Of a stretch of 64,000 nt of DNA, positions 62,701 through 64,000 are shown one piece after another; within the stretch, counting starts at the first letter, position 1; the number at the start of each line of letters is the position of its first letter. This DNA comes from Rhizodiscina lignyota (lineage: Eukaryota): the NCBI GenBank assembly GCA_010015805.1, contig ML978139.1:62001-126000 (forward strand), read 5' to 3'. The position numbers were made by a program, and so were the translations under genes. The notes under the pieces were generated by a model. It was not told the origin of the DNA, ran no database searches, and was given only the letters and a program-made list of their open reading frames with translations.

Positions 62701-64000
62701 TCGTCGACTTTGTCAAGCTTTCTCGTTTCGAAGCTTCGGAAAATGAAGGGCCAGGGTCGGATCTGTTGGATTCTCCAAAGTACATCTAAATTGCGAGCGA
62801 TGTCGGATTACCGAGGGTCGAGATGATCAAAGCAGGGAAGTCTCCGCGTACAGATCGATGCCATTCATGCAGGTTTTCCAATGTAACTCCTGTGGGAATA
62901 AAAAACGCCACAAATTCCCAGTTGGGTTGATCGTGATAACGCTTCCAGCAGTCTCATTCCAGTGGAGTTCGATTGGATCCATGGGAGGTACTGGACGCAA
63001 CAATATCAATGTCATAAGCACTGCAGGAGTTGGTCCCGTGGCCATTGTGATATTGGCAGCATACCGAGTTGATTTAGTTTCGTCGTTGGGGATAGTCTTT
63101 CGCCAAGGATTAACCTGAGACTGAATTGAGATGCAGTGTCTCTCCATAGCGCTTCTTCCTCCAGAATTGCATCTTGAGAGGACCCTTCGATGGCTGGACC
63201 TCGAATGTTCTTCCAGTAATCCTGAGCTCTCTATCGGAGTATTCTTTCTGAAAATTACCGCGCCTTTGGAGAACAGTCCGTTGGACTTGGATGGTGGAGC
63301 AAGGGGCCAATGAAAGACATGTCTACTGCGGAAATGAAGCAGCCTGCGAGAACATCTGTAAAAGCCATGAACGGTCATGAAACCCAAGCATACTCGATCC
63401 GCGCTCTTGTTGTTCGGTTGGGGTAGAGACGAACAGACGCAAAGGACAAGGAGCTTTGGTGTGAGGATTCTCGCCAAGACATCTCAGGGCGCCTCCATGC
63501 CTTGATGCCACCACAAACGATCAAAAGGGAAGGCCTGTGCGGAAATCCACAAATCTGTCTTCAACTTCAAGAGAGGCTCGCCTTCTGCGAACCTCCAATG
63601 TGTCCTGTCGTTTTAGTTGTCCGAGGCAATGCTCATATGTTTATGCGAAATTCAAGATGGCTCATGATATATAGAATGGTGAGTGGTAGGATCATATTCC
63701 TAGCCTCTCGACGCCGAGACTCCCGAACGGATTATCTATGCAGCGCATAACTACAATGCCAGAGAATCGTGCAACCAGATATGGTATGAAACGCCAGACG
63801 CGCTAGGCCGCATGCTGAAGAGAATGTTACAGGTTCGTCAGGTAGTCCTCCACTTCCTGCGGACTAAGTTTTCGGAATCTTGGCCCTACCGCACCTTCTA
63901 CGCCCTCATAGCCTAGAAGACGATCTTCTGGTGGCCCAACGATGCCTGTTACCCACGTTAGCAATGCATGTAGAACCAGATATGAGTTGAACATACCTAT

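Overview
This is eukaryotic DNA from a filamentous ascomycete (Pezizomycotina; possibly a Dothideomycete, which is a guess). It has short GT-AG introns with CTRAY branch points and a dispersed 5S rRNA gene. About 24 protein-coding loci can be supported: an RTC4-domain protein, a Reg1-like PP1 regulator, two Zn2Cys6 factors (one Acr-2-like), an ELMO/CED-12 protein, an O-methyltransferase, a large Msp1/spastin-type AAA ATPase head-to-head with GET2, an HSPA12-like Hsp70, a divergent sugar porter + GH51 arabinofuranosidase pair, BET4, an Ama1/Cdc20-family APC/C activator, an ACS-family MFS transporter, mitochondrial bL28, a CBM1-GH5 endoglucanase, an HbrB/Bit61-like protein, GON7 and several uncharacterised genes. 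No intact transposon or CRISPR array is visible. Four signals stand out. (1) A 47-nt intron in the Ama1-like gene restores the conserved PFR-VLDAP motif only if it is spliced at non-canonical AT...AC ends. (2) A tandem-WW-domain gene is interrupted by one in-frame TAG in a context favourable to fungal A-to-I editing. (3) An OST-alpha/TMEM184 gene carries several nonsense and frameshift lesions. (4) A spliced 90-aa Cys-rich microprotein gene, missed by the ORF track, lies in an otherwise gene-poor 8.7-kb tail. All family calls come from motif recognition by eye; no database search was run.
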